64,000 bases of DNA from Candidatus Eiseniibacteriota bacterium (GTDB lineage Bacteria > Eisenbacteria > RBG-16-71-46): contig JBGPFC010000016.1 of the NCBI GenBank assembly GCA_041483195.1, positions 1 to 64,000 of the forward strand, written 5' to 3'. The translations under genes and the position numbers were made by a program. Below are positions 19,001 to 27,443 of this stretch, in pieces. Positions within the stretch are counted from its first letter, which is position 1, and every line of letters begins with the position of its first letter. The notes beneath the pieces were generated by a model. That model saw only the letters and a program-made list of their open reading frames with translations, was not told the DNA's origin and did not search any database.

Positions 19001-21819
19001 TCGCTCTCGGCGCGCACCGGCCGTGAATGCGCGGGCACGGACGCGAGCTCCTCGGCGTCCCGCGCGATTCCGCGGCCGCGGGTTGGCGCCGGCGGTGCGT
19101 CCCTCGCCGGCGCGAGCTCGCAGGGGTTGACGAAGAACCGGGGCCGACGCTCGGGATCGATGGGGCGGGCGAAACGGCCATCGAACAACGCCGCGTGACG
19201 AAGCGGGGCGCCCAGCGCATGCGCCGCGCCGACCACGGCGAGAAGCGGGGCGATCGACCACGACCCCGCGTCGAGCGAGAGTGCCGGCACCTTCCCGATC
19301 TCGCCCGCGAGCCCGGAGAGCACCGTGCCGGGGCCAGCCTCGATCCAGAGATCGAGACCGTCCGCCGCGGAGGCCACGGCCTCGTGGAACCGCACCGGAG
19401 CGGTCACCTGCCTGACCAGCAACGCACGCGTGTCGGCGCGGCGCTCGAGGCGCGCGCCGGTCACCGTGGAGTGCACAGCGCGCGTGAGCGGCGCGAGCCT
19501 CACGCGCGCGAGCTCAGCATCGAGCGCCGGAGCGGCCCGCCCGACCAATGGCGAATGGAACGCGTGTGAAACGGAGAGCCTCGTGGCCGTGAGGCCGAGC
19601 GCGCGCGCCCGTGCCACGACCGTCTCGACCGCGAGGGCCTCTCCCGAGATCACGGTCTGGCGGGGTGCGTTGAGACCGGCGATCGTGACCGGCGCGCCGC
19701 CCAGCAGCGACGTCACCTCGTCGCGTCCCGCGCGAATCGACGCCATCGCCCCGGTCGGGCTCCCGAGGTCGCGCATCGCGCCGCCCCGCGCACGCGCGAG
19801 CGCGAGCAGCGCCTCCTCGTCGACCACCCCCGCCCAGTGGAGCGCGGTCAGCTCGCCCAGACTGTGGCCCACCGCGACCTCCGCCTCGATGCCGAGCGCA
19901 TCGAGCAATCGCAGGGCGGCGAGCGATGCGGTGACGATCGCGGGCTGGGCGATCTCGGTCGCGACCGCGTTGGCCCCCGCGGGGAGCGGGAACTTCGCAT
20001 AGAGGGCGCGCACCGATGGGAAGCGCAAGCGCAGCCTGCCGCCGTCGGGACGCGCGGGCGAGCCCTGTCCCGGAAACAGGAATCCGATTCGCGGCGCGCC
20101 CGCTCGGGCGCCGAGGAACACCCCGTCCGCCTCGGCGAGCCGCTCACGCACCCCCTCGCGGAGCCATGCGCGCAGGGTCTCGAGCCTTCGCGCGAGTTCC
20201 GCGGGGGTCGCGGCCACGATCCCCGCGCGCAGCGCGGAGGGAGCGAGCGATCGCCCGAGCCAGGCCGCGAGATCACCCAGCTCGGCGCGCGCCAGCGACG
20301 GCGCCAGCGCCGCGAGCCGATCGACATCGCGTCCGAGGGCCGCGGCATCCGCCGCGCCGAGCAGGAACAGCTCGGCATCCTGCGCAGAAGCCGCGAGCGA
20401 GCGCTCGTGCGGCGTCAGGGTCTGGCGGCGCTCGCCGTCCGCGGCTTCGAGCGCGAGGTGCGTGTTGATGCCGCCGAATCCCATGCTCGAAACGCCGGCG
20501 CGCCGCGGCGCGGCTTCGGGCCAGGCCTCCGCCTCGCGGAGCACGCGCAGCGCCGGCGACTCCCCCGTGAGCTCGACGTGCGGCTCGTCGCAGCCGGTGG
20601 TGGGCGGCAACACCTGATGATGAAGCACGAGCGCGGCCTTGATGATGCCGGCCGCGCCGGCCGCCGCCTTGGTGTGCCCGAGGTTGGCCTTGATCGAGCC
20701 CAGCGCGGCCGGCGAAGACGCCGAAGCCTCGCGGCGCGCACGCGAGAGCGCGGCGAGCTCGGTGGCGTCGCCAACGCTCGTTCCCGTGCCATGGCCTTCG
20801 AAGTAGCCGACGGTCTCGATGCCGAAGCCCGCGCGCCGGTAGGCCCGGCGGATCGCGAGCAGCTGGCCTCCCACCTCAGGGCGGGTCAGTCCGCCGCTTC
20901 CATCCGACGAGATCCCCCAGCCTCGGATCGCCGCGATCACGCGTCGTCCCTGAGCGAGCGCATCCTCCTCGCGCATGAGCACCAGCACGCCGCATCCCTC
21001 GCCCGGCCAGAAGCCGGCCGAGCGCCGGTCGTACACCCGCATCTCGACCGGAGCGAGCGCCGAGGTCATCGCGAAGCCGACCAGCTCGAACGGATCGAGG
21101 CTCAGATCCACGCCGCCGGCGATCGCCACGTCGAGATCGCGCGCGACCAGCGCCGAGCACGACTGAGAGATCGCGAGCAGCGAAGATGCGCACGCGCCGT
21201 CCACCGTGAAGCCGCCGCCCCCGAGATCGAAGTGGTTGCAGATGCGGCCGGCGATGGTGTTCGAGAGACCGCCCGCGAGGGTCTCCTCGCCCACCTCGGG
21301 AAACGGCGCCTTGTATCGCTCCTCGAGCCGCTCGATGAGCGCGCGCCGCCTCGCGGGTTCGAGCGTCAGCTCGTCGAGCTCGGCCTCGAGCACCCGGCGC
21401 ACGTATGGCCAGCGCAATCGCATGGCGTTCGCGCGGGAGAACTCTCCGGTCAAGGTGTTGCCGAGCAGCACACCGGTGGTCTCGCGTGGCAGCCCATTCC
21501 CCCCGCCGAAGCCCGCGTCCTCGAGCGCGAGCGCCGCGATGTCGAGCGCGAGCCAGTGCGCGAGGTCGGCCGACCGAAACGTGCTGCCCGCCACCCGGTA
21601 CGCCACGCGGTCGAACTCCCAGTCGGTGATGAGTGCCGCCTCGGCCGCGTAGGTACGGTCCCGCGCGCCGCGCACCGGCGACCAGTAGTCCTCGAGGCGC
21701 ATGCGCTCCCTCGGCATGCGCCGGAACGCGCGCCGCTGCGCGAGCACGTTCTCCCAGAGCTCGGCGGGCGTTCGAGCGTCGGGGTAGCGGCAGGCCATGC
21801 CCACGATGGCGATCGACAT
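16021..21819 (-). CDS. Iterative type I enediyne-type polyketide synthase (PKSE), KS-AT-ACP-KR-DH-PPTase, 1932 aa
   Basis: KS: IAIVGMACRYP, LAGGLSNTIAGR, DGACASS, EGHGTGT, NLGHTKAAAG. AT: GHSLG, HAFHS (malonyl type). Internal ACP: DLHLNSITV. KR: GGGKGIAAE, GEADYALAN. DH: HVFQGERLLP. C-terminal PPTase: VGCDLE...WSAGEALRK. Confidence 0.95.
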   Translation of the reverse strand: MSIAIVGMACRYPDARTPAELWENVLAQRRAFRRMPRERMRLEDYWSPVRGARDRTYAAEAALITDWEFDRVAYRVAGSTFRSADLAHWLALDIAALALEDAGFGGGNGLPRETTGVLLGNTLTGEFSRANAMRLRWPYVRRVLEAELDELTLEPARRRALIERLEERYKAPFPEVGEETLAGGLSNTIAGRICNHFDLGGGGFTVDGACASSLLAISQSCSALVARDLDVAIAGGVDLSLDPFELVGFAMTSALAPVEMRVYDRRSAGFWPGEGCGVLVLMREEDALAQGRRVIAAIRGWGISSDGSGGLTRPEVGGQLLAIRRAYRRAGFGIETVGYFEGHGTGTSVGDATELAALSRARREASASSPAALGSIKANLGHTKAAAGAAGIIKAALVLHHQVLPPTTGCDEPHVELTGESPALRVLREAEAWPEAAPRRAGVSSMGFGGINTHLALEAADGERRQTLTPHERSLAASAQDAELFLLGAADAAALGRDVDRLAALAPSLARAELGDLAAWLGRSLAPSALRAGIVAATPAELARRLETLRAWLREGVRERLAEADGVFLGARAGAPRIGFLFPGQGSPARPDGGRLRLRFPSVRALYAKFPLPAGANAVATEIAQPAIVTASLAALRLLDALGIEAEVAVGHSLGELTALHWAGVVDEEALLALARARGGAMRDLGSPTGAMASIRAGRDEVTSLLGGAPVTIAGLNAPRQTVISGEALAVETVVARARALGLTATRLSVSHAFHSPLVGRAAPALDAELARVRLAPLTRAVHSTVTGARLERRADTRALLVRQVTAPVRFHEAVASAADGLDLWIEAGPGTVLSGLAGEIGKVPALSLDAGSWSIAPLLAVVGAAHALGAPLRHAALFDGRFARPIDPERRPRFFVNPCELAPARDAPPAPTRGRGIARDAEELASVPAHSRPVRAESEEIDTLALVRELVAARAELPADAVRDESRLLVDLHLNSITVGQLVADALRRLELAPSRDLTSYAGATVAELALALEELKRVGPASSAPRRDLAPSGIDTWVRAFTLDHVERPPRPSDGVRPPGAWTVFAEPGDALGPALDEALRSAGGSGVAVCLPASPGERHLPLLLEAARRALAQHPAGRFALVQRGPDSASFARSLHLEAPWIATSIVEVPEGDARAASWAAHEAVSGPDFSDCRYDADGRRWEPVLSLLPPDAARHEAPLGPDDVLLVTGGGKGIAAECALALARESGARLALIGRSHPEADAELSRNLERMAAAGVRARYEMADVTDAEAVAAAVRAIEAALGGITALLHGAGINRPRLVGSLDVDAFRETLAPKVEGARNVLAALDPSRLRMLVAFGSIIARTGMRGEADYALANEWLARLVGAWRDSHPHCRALVVEWSVWSGVGMGERLGRIDALAGEGVTAITPDQGIAMLRELLERPLPATAIVVSGRFGSPPTLRMRDGELPLLRFLERPLVHVPGVELIVEAELSADTDPYLEDHVFQGERLLPAVMGLEAMAQAAMALANQDSPPRFEDVRFERPVVVAAGESTSVRLLALARGPGRIDVALRCSTSGFQADHFRAACIFGAPAEREAGAETAAAPDARGASPALDPARELYGEILFQRGRFRRLRAYAELRATSCIADISPDGATAWFGRYLPAELVLGDPAARDAAMHAVQACIPHAVVLPVSVERIVPFALSATEGVRVRARQRAETAQTLVYDLDLIGSGGAVLERWEGLTLRRVAPQARSAAWPEMLLAPYVERRVSELLPGARVGVVMERGREDARESRGACAASRLLGREARVRHRPDGRPEVDGTAISLAHAGELTLAVGGDAPVGCDLEAVRERAPEIWRDLLAPERYILAQSLARETGEGLSSAATRVWSAGEALRKAGVPAGAPLTLVAPEPDGWVVLASGRLAVVTLISATRGSPGPMALAVLCAAPS

Positions 21820-22871
21820 CACGCGCTCCCCTCGCGCTCGAGGCGTGAGCGCACTCGCGCGCGCCAGGATTCGTACGCCGGCTCCGCGCCGTCGCGCGGC
21901 TCGGGCGCCAGCGCGTCGTCGCACACGCGCGCGGCATCGCTGGCCGTGAGTCCGCACAGCACATCGCACGCGAACGCGGTGTGCGCTGCGGGATTACCCG
22001 CCCGCTCGCGCGCCTTGGCCGCGAAAGCGGCGCCCTGCGCGAGATGATCGCGATGCGTTCCGCTCAGGTCGCGCAGCGCCTCGAGCGCGCCGCGCTCCGC
22101 GCCGCCCGCGTAGGCCGCCGCGAGCCCCGCGCCGCTCCAGAGGTCGGCGTGGCGGGCGGCATCGAGCCCGGCGATCGCGGCCGCGATCCGTCCGGGCTCT
22201 CCCCCCTCGCCGAACCAGAGGCTGCGTCCGAGCCCCTGATCGTACGCGCGCCGCGCGTAGCCCAAGATGTCGCGCGGAACGAGCCCGCGCTTCACGCGCC
22301 GCACGCGCGCGAAATATCCGTCGTGGAATCCGCGCCCGTCGAGGACCAGCCAGCGCAGCAGCGGGTCGAACCCGGCGATTCGCCTCGCGAGCGCATGCGG
22401 GAGCCGCGCGGTCGCCCAGCCCGCGCCGACGTGCAGCATGTACGCGTGCGGTGCCCCGTCGCCGCGCGCGAAGCGAGCCCATCGACCGCGATCGAACGGC
22501 GAGATCGCGTCGAGCAGCGCGAGCGCCATGCCCGCCCCTTCGAACGCGAAGCCGCGGATCTCGAGGGGTTCGTCGTCGAGCCGCGCGCCGAGCGCCGGGG
22601 CACCGCCCCGCTCGAGCGCCGCGTGGTACCCCCGGACGAACGCGAGGCCGATCGATTCGAGCCGCTCGCGCATCGCGGCCGCCGGCACATCGAACCCGCG
22701 CCGCGCGACCGATGTCTCGCCGGACGGGATTCCGAAGAGCGCGATGCGCACCCGAGCCGCTGGCGAGAGGGCGCGCGGCCGCCCGACCGCCTGGACGATC
22801 GGGGCGGCAGGCACCATGGCGATCGGGAGAGGGCCTGAGTCCCGGGGGGTCTTTCGGCCTGCGGCGCGCAT
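21819..22871 (-). CDS. Enediyne cassette protein UnbL / E3 (DUF1702 family)
   Basis: RGFAFEGAGMAL, YMLHVGAGWA, WLVLDGRGFHDGYF, DQGLGRSLWF, DLWSGAGLAAAYAGG, QGAAFAAKAR, YESWR; TGATG coupling to PKSE. Start at ATG 22871 (AGGAG RBS) or 22817. Confidence 0.88.
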   Translation of the reverse strand: MRAAGRKTPRDSGPLPIAMVPAAPIVQAVGRPRALSPAARVRIALFGIPSGETSVARRGFDVPAAAMRERLESIGLAFVRGYHAALERGGAPALGARLDDEPLEIRGFAFEGAGMALALLDAISPFDRGRWARFARGDGAPHAYMLHVGAGWATARLPHALARRIAGFDPLLRWLVLDGRGFHDGYFARVRRVKRGLVPRDILGYARRAYDQGLGRSLWFGEGGEPGRIAAAIAGLDAARHADLWSGAGLAAAYAGGAERGALEALRDLSGTHRDHLAQGAAFAAKARERAGNPAAHTAFACDVLCGLTASDAARVCDDALAPEPRDGAEPAYESWRARVRSRLEREGSA

Positions 22872-22924
22872 GCGGAGCTCCTGAGAGACCGCGCCGGGTG
22901 CGATGGAGCGCCGCGGCACGGGCG

Positions 22925-22961
22925 GACCATGATGGTCGCGCCCCGGTCCGAGCGCTGTCAA
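22925..22961 (-). promoter_or_regulatory. Candidate promoter and operator of the UnbL-PKSE-TE cassette
   Basis: TTGACA (22961-22956) - 18 nt - GACCAT (weak -10); the palindrome GACCAT-G-ATGGTC (22925-22937) overlaps the -10. Confidence 0.4.
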
Positions 22962-22989
22962 TGCCGAATCCGGCGCGCGGGGAGAGGCG

Positions 22990-24336
22990 CTAGTACATGT
23001 GCCGCAGCTCGACGCCCGTGTAGTAGTGCTCGAGGATCTCGGCCGCGTTCTTTCCCGTGCGCGCCATGCCGAGCGCCCCGGTCTGGCAGAGGCCGACGCC
23101 GTGACCCGACCCCGCCCCGCTCGCCACGATCGCGAGCGTGCGCCCCGTCGCCGGATCGCGCCGCACGTCCACCTTGAACAGGTTCGAGCGGAGGATCGCC
23201 CCCGCGTTGCCGGCGCGACGCAACACCTGCCGCAGCACGTAGGCGGGGACGATGATCGTGCCGGTGCTGGTCGTCACCTCGAGGCGCCAGACGCGTCCCG
23301 ATCTCGAGCGCGACGCGACGCGCACGTCGAACAGCGTTCCCACGCCCGTGGGGGGCAGCTCGACGCCGTACTGCGGCGCGAAGTGCGCGAGATTGGAGCC
23401 GAACTCGGCGGCGGTCCATTCTTCGCGCCAGCGATACTGGGGCGATGCCGCGCAATAATCCTCTGAGCCGTCGCGATCGCGACGGCTCACGAGGTAGCGC
23501 AGTCCGTCGGTGGGCCAGGCCTCCCACGCCTCGGCGGTGATGCCGCCGCAGGTCGAGCAGTAGTTCGCGCGAATCGGCCAGCCGTCCGCGAGCGGAACGT
23601 CCCCCCGCGTGCTCTCGACGCAACGCGTCGCGAGCGGGCGCTCGGTCTCGACCGGACCGTAGACCTGGTCCTCGACCGTTCCGTAGAGATCGAAGCCCTC
23701 CTCGCCGCGGCGCCCGCGATAGAAGAGGGTGTAGCCGCGCGCCGCGATCGCCTGCGCGCGGCCCGCCTCGATGAGGGCGTCGGAGAGCGCGCCGATCTCC
23801 CCGGGCACGACGCCGAGCAGGTAGGTCTCGAGCGGCAAACGGTCCACCACGGTCAGCCTGCCGCGCGGATTCACGAATATCTTGATGCTGCCGCGCCACG
23901 TCTTGCCGCGCCACGCCACGACCGCCTCCGGTGAGAGTCTGCGGTCGCGCACCCAGAGCGTGTCGCCGGCGCGCAGCGCGGAGCCGAGGTTCCCGCGTCC
24001 CCTCGGCCCGAGGTTGTCGAAGGTGGCTTCGCCGTTCTTCGCCGTGACGCGGATCGTGCCCAGCGAGCGCTGGGCGGATCCATCGGGCGTGACGAGCATC
24101 GCGTCCGATCCCACGGTCGTGAGCTCGACGTCGTCGAGATCCCACGCCAGCCCCACGTCCATCGCGGGCTCGGCGGCCAGCTCGAAGGCCGCGGGCGCGG
24201 GGGGTGGCAGCGGCGCGGGCGCGCCGGGCCGTGCCACGGGTGGCGCCGGTGGCGAGACCGGTCGCGGCAGGGGCGCACAGGAGGCGGCGAGCGCGACCAG
24301 CGCGGCGGCGGCGAGTCGTGTGCCCGGGCCGCGCAC
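22990..24336 (-). CDS. SpoIID/LytB-domain lipoprotein (putative lytic transglycosylase)
   Basis: Lipobox-like LAASC; LETYLLGVVPGE, AQAIAAR, DQVY, STCGG, GSGHGVGLCQTGA, EILEHYY. Confidence 0.9.
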   Translation of the reverse strand: MRGPGTRLAAAALVALAASCAPLPRPVSPPAPPVARPGAPAPLPPPAPAAFELAAEPAMDVGLAWDLDDVELTTVGSDAMLVTPDGSAQRSLGTIRVTAKNGEATFDNLGPRGRGNLGSALRAGDTLWVRDRRLSPEAVVAWRGKTWRGSIKIFVNPRGRLTVVDRLPLETYLLGVVPGEIGALSDALIEAGRAQAIAARGYTLFYRGRRGEEGFDLYGTVEDQVYGPVETERPLATRCVESTRGDVPLADGWPIRANYCSTCGGITAEAWEAWPTDGLRYLVSRRDRDGSEDYCAASPQYRWREEWTAAEFGSNLAHFAPQYGVELPPTGVGTLFDVRVASRSRSGRVWRLEVTTSTGTIIVPAYVLRQVLRRAGNAGAILRSNLFKVDVRRDPATGRTLAIVASGAGSGHGVGLCQTGALGMARTGKNAAEILEHYYTGVELRHMY

Positions 24337-25548
24337 TCAGATCCCGGGGGTGATCTGCCCGAGCACGACAGGCCGCGATGCTCCGGTCGCGCGCGGCACG
24401 TTGCCCGGATGCCCGCAGAGCGTGAGGTGCGCGAGAAACGCGAACGCCAGCGCCTCCTTCGAATCGGCGCTCACGCCCAGCGTATCGAGCGGCGCGATGC
24501 GCGCGGGGCGCAGCCGCCGCGCGAGCGCACGCATCAGCGTCGCGTTCTTCACACCGCCCCCGCTCGCGTAGATCCCATCGACGCCAGAGTGCGGCTCGAG
24601 AAACTGCTCGACGCCCGACGCGACCGCCGCGGCGGTGAGCTCGACCGCTGTCGCGAGCAGATCGTCGTCGGCGAGACTCATGGCCGCGCCCAGCCTGCGC
24701 AGCATCACGGCGTAGTGTTCGCCGAACAGCTCCCGGCCGGTCGATCGCGGAGGCGGCGCCGCGAAAAACGGGTCGGACAACAACTCCGAGAGCAGCGCCT
24801 CGTTCGCGGTCCCGCGCGCGGCCGCCGCCCCGCCCGCGTCGTGCCGCTCGGTCCCGCCCGAGCGCAGGCCGACGAGCGCATCGAGCACCACGTTGCCCGG
24901 CCCGGTGTCGAACGCGACCACGTCGCCGATCCCGCCACCGCGAGGAAGAAACGTGAGGTTCGCCATGCCCCCGAGATTGAGGAGCACCCGCGATTCGAGA
25001 TCGGACCGGAACAGCCACCAGTCGGCGAGCGGCACCAGCGGAGCGCCCTCGCCCCCCGCCGCGGTATCGCGCGCGCGGAAGTTGGAGACCACGGCGATGC
25101 CGGTGCGCTCTGCGAGCACGGCGGCCGAGCCGATCTGGAGCGTGAGCGCCTGGCCGTGCCCCGCGCGCCGCGGCACGTGACGCACCGTCTGGCCGTGCGA
25201 GCCGATCGCGTCCACCTCTCGCGGATCCACGTGCGCTGACGCGAGCAGCTCGAACACCGCCGCCGCGTATCGCTCGCCGAGCGCGGAGTCGAGGCGCATG
25301 AGTCGCTCGAGATCGACCGCCGGCGCGGAGGCCACCTCGAGCACCTCGCGGCGCAGCGCGCCCTCGAGCGGGGTCTCCGCGTATGCCTCGAGCGCGTGGC
25401 TCGCGCCGAGCCCCGCCCCGCGGAATCGCACGAGCGCCGCGTCCACGGCGTCGGCCGACGTCCCGGTCATGAGCCCCACGATCAGGTGCTCTTCGCGCGA
25501 GCCATACTCCCGGAACCCGGCCAGCGCGTCGTGCGGCTGTCGTTTCAT
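24337..25548 (-). CDS. anmK: Anhydro-N-acetylmuramic acid kinase
   Basis: GLMTGTSADAVD, IGSHGQT, GGEGAPLVP, NLGGMAN, FDTGPGN, STGRELF, KEALAFA. Confidence 0.94.
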   Translation of the reverse strand: MKRQPHDALAGFREYGSREEHLIVGLMTGTSADAVDAALVRFRGAGLGASHALEAYAETPLEGALRREVLEVASAPAVDLERLMRLDSALGERYAAAVFELLASAHVDPREVDAIGSHGQTVRHVPRRAGHGQALTLQIGSAAVLAERTGIAVVSNFRARDTAAGGEGAPLVPLADWWLFRSDLESRVLLNLGGMANLTFLPRGGGIGDVVAFDTGPGNVVLDALVGLRSGGTERHDAGGAAAARGTANEALLSELLSDPFFAAPPPRSTGRELFGEHYAVMLRRLGAAMSLADDDLLATAVELTAAAVASGVEQFLEPHSGVDGIYASGGGVKNATLMRALARRLRPARIAPLDTLGVSADSKEALAFAFLAHLTLCGHPGNVPRATGASRPVVLGQITPGI

Positions 25549-25573
25549 CGCCCGGACCCCGTTCGCGGCCCCG

Positions 25574-26494
25574 TCATGGCGCGTCGCCGAGCGCACCGCG
25601 AACGAAGCCGCCCGCGCGCGCGAGCCGCTCCTCGGCCTCCGCGCGCGCGCATCCGCGCTTCAGCATCACGATCGCGGTCTTCACGCTCTTTCCCGCCGCC
25701 TCGATGGCCGATTCGGCGCGCTCGTAGTCCACGCCGGTCACCGTCATCACGGTGCGCCGCGAGCGCTCGACCAGCTTCTGACTGGTCGCCTTCAGATCCA
25801 CCATCATGTTCTCGTAGGCCTTCCCCATTCGCACGAAGGCGGCGGTCGTGATCATGTTGAGCACCAGCTTCTGCGCGGTGCCCGCCTTCATTCGCGTCGA
25901 GCCCATCAGCACCTCGGGCCCCACCTCCACGCAGATCGACGCGTCCACCTCGAGCGTGAACTCGCTGCGCGGGGTGCACGTGACGTACCCGGTGCGCGCG
26001 CCGAGCCTGCGCGCGACGCGAAGCGCCGCGACCACGAACGGCGTGCGCCGGCTCGCGGCGAGCCCGATCACCGTGTCGCGCGGTCCCACCTCGAGGTCGA
26101 TCAAGGCGGCTTCGCCTTCATCCTCGCGATCCTCTGCGCCCTCCACGGCGCGAATCAGCGCGCCGGGGCCTCCGGCCATGACGCCCCGCACCATGCCCGG
26201 CTCCGAGCCGAAGGTGGGAGGACACTCCGAGGCGTCGAGCACGCCGAGCCGCCCGCTGGTCCCGGCACCGACGTAGATCAGGCGGCCGCCCTCGCGGAAG
26301 GAGGCGACCACCAGCTCGACGGCCCCGGCGATCGCCGGCAGCTCGCGCGCCACGGCGTCCGGCACGGCGCGGTCCTCTGCGGAAATGCGCTCGAGCAGGG
26401 CCGGGACGTCGAGCGTGTCCAGGTCCATGGTGCGCGGATTGCGCTGCTCGGTGGCGAGGCGGGCGAACTCATCGAAGCGTGCGCGGTCGTCCAT
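25574..26494 (-). CDS. murQ: N-acetylmuramic acid 6-phosphate etherase
   Basis: TEQRNP, GAGTSGRLGVLDASECPPTF, AVEGAED, GSTRMKAGTAQKLVLNM. Confidence 0.96.
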   Translation of the reverse strand: MDDRARFDEFARLATEQRNPRTMDLDTLDVPALLERISAEDRAVPDAVARELPAIAGAVELVVASFREGGRLIYVGAGTSGRLGVLDASECPPTFGSEPGMVRGVMAGGPGALIRAVEGAEDREDEGEAALIDLEVGPRDTVIGLAASRRTPFVVAALRVARRLGARTGYVTCTPRSEFTLEVDASICVEVGPEVLMGSTRMKAGTAQKLVLNMITTAAFVRMGKAYENMMVDLKATSQKLVERSRRTVMTVTGVDYERAESAIEAAGKSVKTAIVMLKRGCARAEAEERLARAGGFVRGALGDAP

Positions 26495-26553
26495 GACCCG
26501 CCCAAGATGCCACGCCGCGCGCGGCGGGCGCAACGAGGGAGACGCGCGCGATC

Positions 26554-26582
26554 TTGACGCCCCCGCGATCGCGCCATAGCGT
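26554..26582 (+). promoter_or_regulatory. Sigma70 promoter of mutM (leaderless geometry)
   Basis: TTGACG - 17 nt - TAGCGT; the GTG of MPELPEV starts 7 nt after the last base of the -10. Confidence 0.6.
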
Positions 26583-26588
26583 GCGGTG

Positions 26589-27443
26589 GTGCCCGAACTG
26601 CCGGAGGTCGAGACCGTGCGCCGAATGCTCGAGGCGCACGTGGTGGGACGCAGGGTGCGCGCCGTGCGGCTCTCGGGCAAGCGCCTGCGCGACCCCGTGC
26701 CGCGCGCGACGCCGCGGATGCTCGCGGGCCGCACGATCGTGGCGGTCGGCCGCCGCGGCAAGTACCTGCTGGTCTCGCTGGAGGACGGCGTGACGCTGCT
26801 CTCCCACCTCGGGATGAGCGGACGCTGGCTGTTCTATCTCGAGCCACCCGCTGCGCGGCTCCCGCACGTCCACGCGTGCATCGCATTCACCGATGGCAGC
26901 GCGCTCTGGTATCAGGACCCGCGCCGCTTCGGCTTGCTGCGCGCGGTGCGCACCGAAGCCGTCGACTTGGACCCCGCGATCGCGGTGCTCGGACCCGACC
27001 CGATCGCGACGCCGCCCACCGGCCCCGCGCTCGCTGCACTCGCACGGGGCCTCACGCTCAGCGTGAAGGGCTTCCTGCTCGACCAGAGGCGCATCGCGGG
27101 CGTCGGGAACATCTACGCGAGCGAGATCCTCCATCGCGCGGGCGTGGATCCGCGCCGGCGCGCCTCGAGTCTCACGGGCGCGGAGTGGGCGCGCGTCGCG
27201 TCCGAGCTGGCCGCTGTGCTCGACGAGGCCATCCGCCGCTTCGGCACCACGTTCAGCATGTACCGAACGCTATGGAACGAGCCGGGCACGTACGGCGAGA
27301 AGCTGCGTGTGTACGATCGCGCGGCCGAGCCGTGCCGCCGCTGCGGCACGCCGATCCGCCGCATCGTCCAGGGCCAGCGCTCGACCTTCTTCTGTCCTCG
27401 CTGCCAGTCGCGCCGTGCCGCGCGCCCTGGCGCGCGCGCCTAG
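26589..27443 (+). CDS. mutM: Formamidopyrimidine-DNA glycosylase
   Basis: N-terminal PELPEVE, RRGKYL, HLGMSG, DPRRFG, AGVGNIYASE and zinc finger CRRC...CPRCQ. Confidence 0.97.
   Translation: MPELPEVETVRRMLEAHVVGRRVRAVRLSGKRLRDPVPRATPRMLAGRTIVAVGRRGKYLLVSLEDGVTLLSHLGMSGRWLFYLEPPAARLPHVHACIAFTDGSALWYQDPRRFGLLRAVRTEAVDLDPAIAVLGPDPIATPPTGPALAALARGLTLSVKGFLLDQRRIAGVGNIYASEILHRAGVDPRRRASSLTGAEWARVASELAAVLDEAIRRFGTTFSMYRTLWNEPGTYGEKLRVYDRAAEPCRRCGTPIRRIVQGQRSTFFCPRCQSRRAARPGARA

Noticed and set aside
15445..22990. PKS cassette as a tRNA-integrated genomic island
   Set aside because: The cassette is on the 5' side of the tRNA, and no integrase, transposase or att-like repeat of the tRNA 3' end was noticed.
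22990..24336. SpoIID as evidence of sporulation
   Set aside because: SpoIID/LytB domains are widespread in non-sporulating bacteria, and the context here is peptidoglycan recycling.
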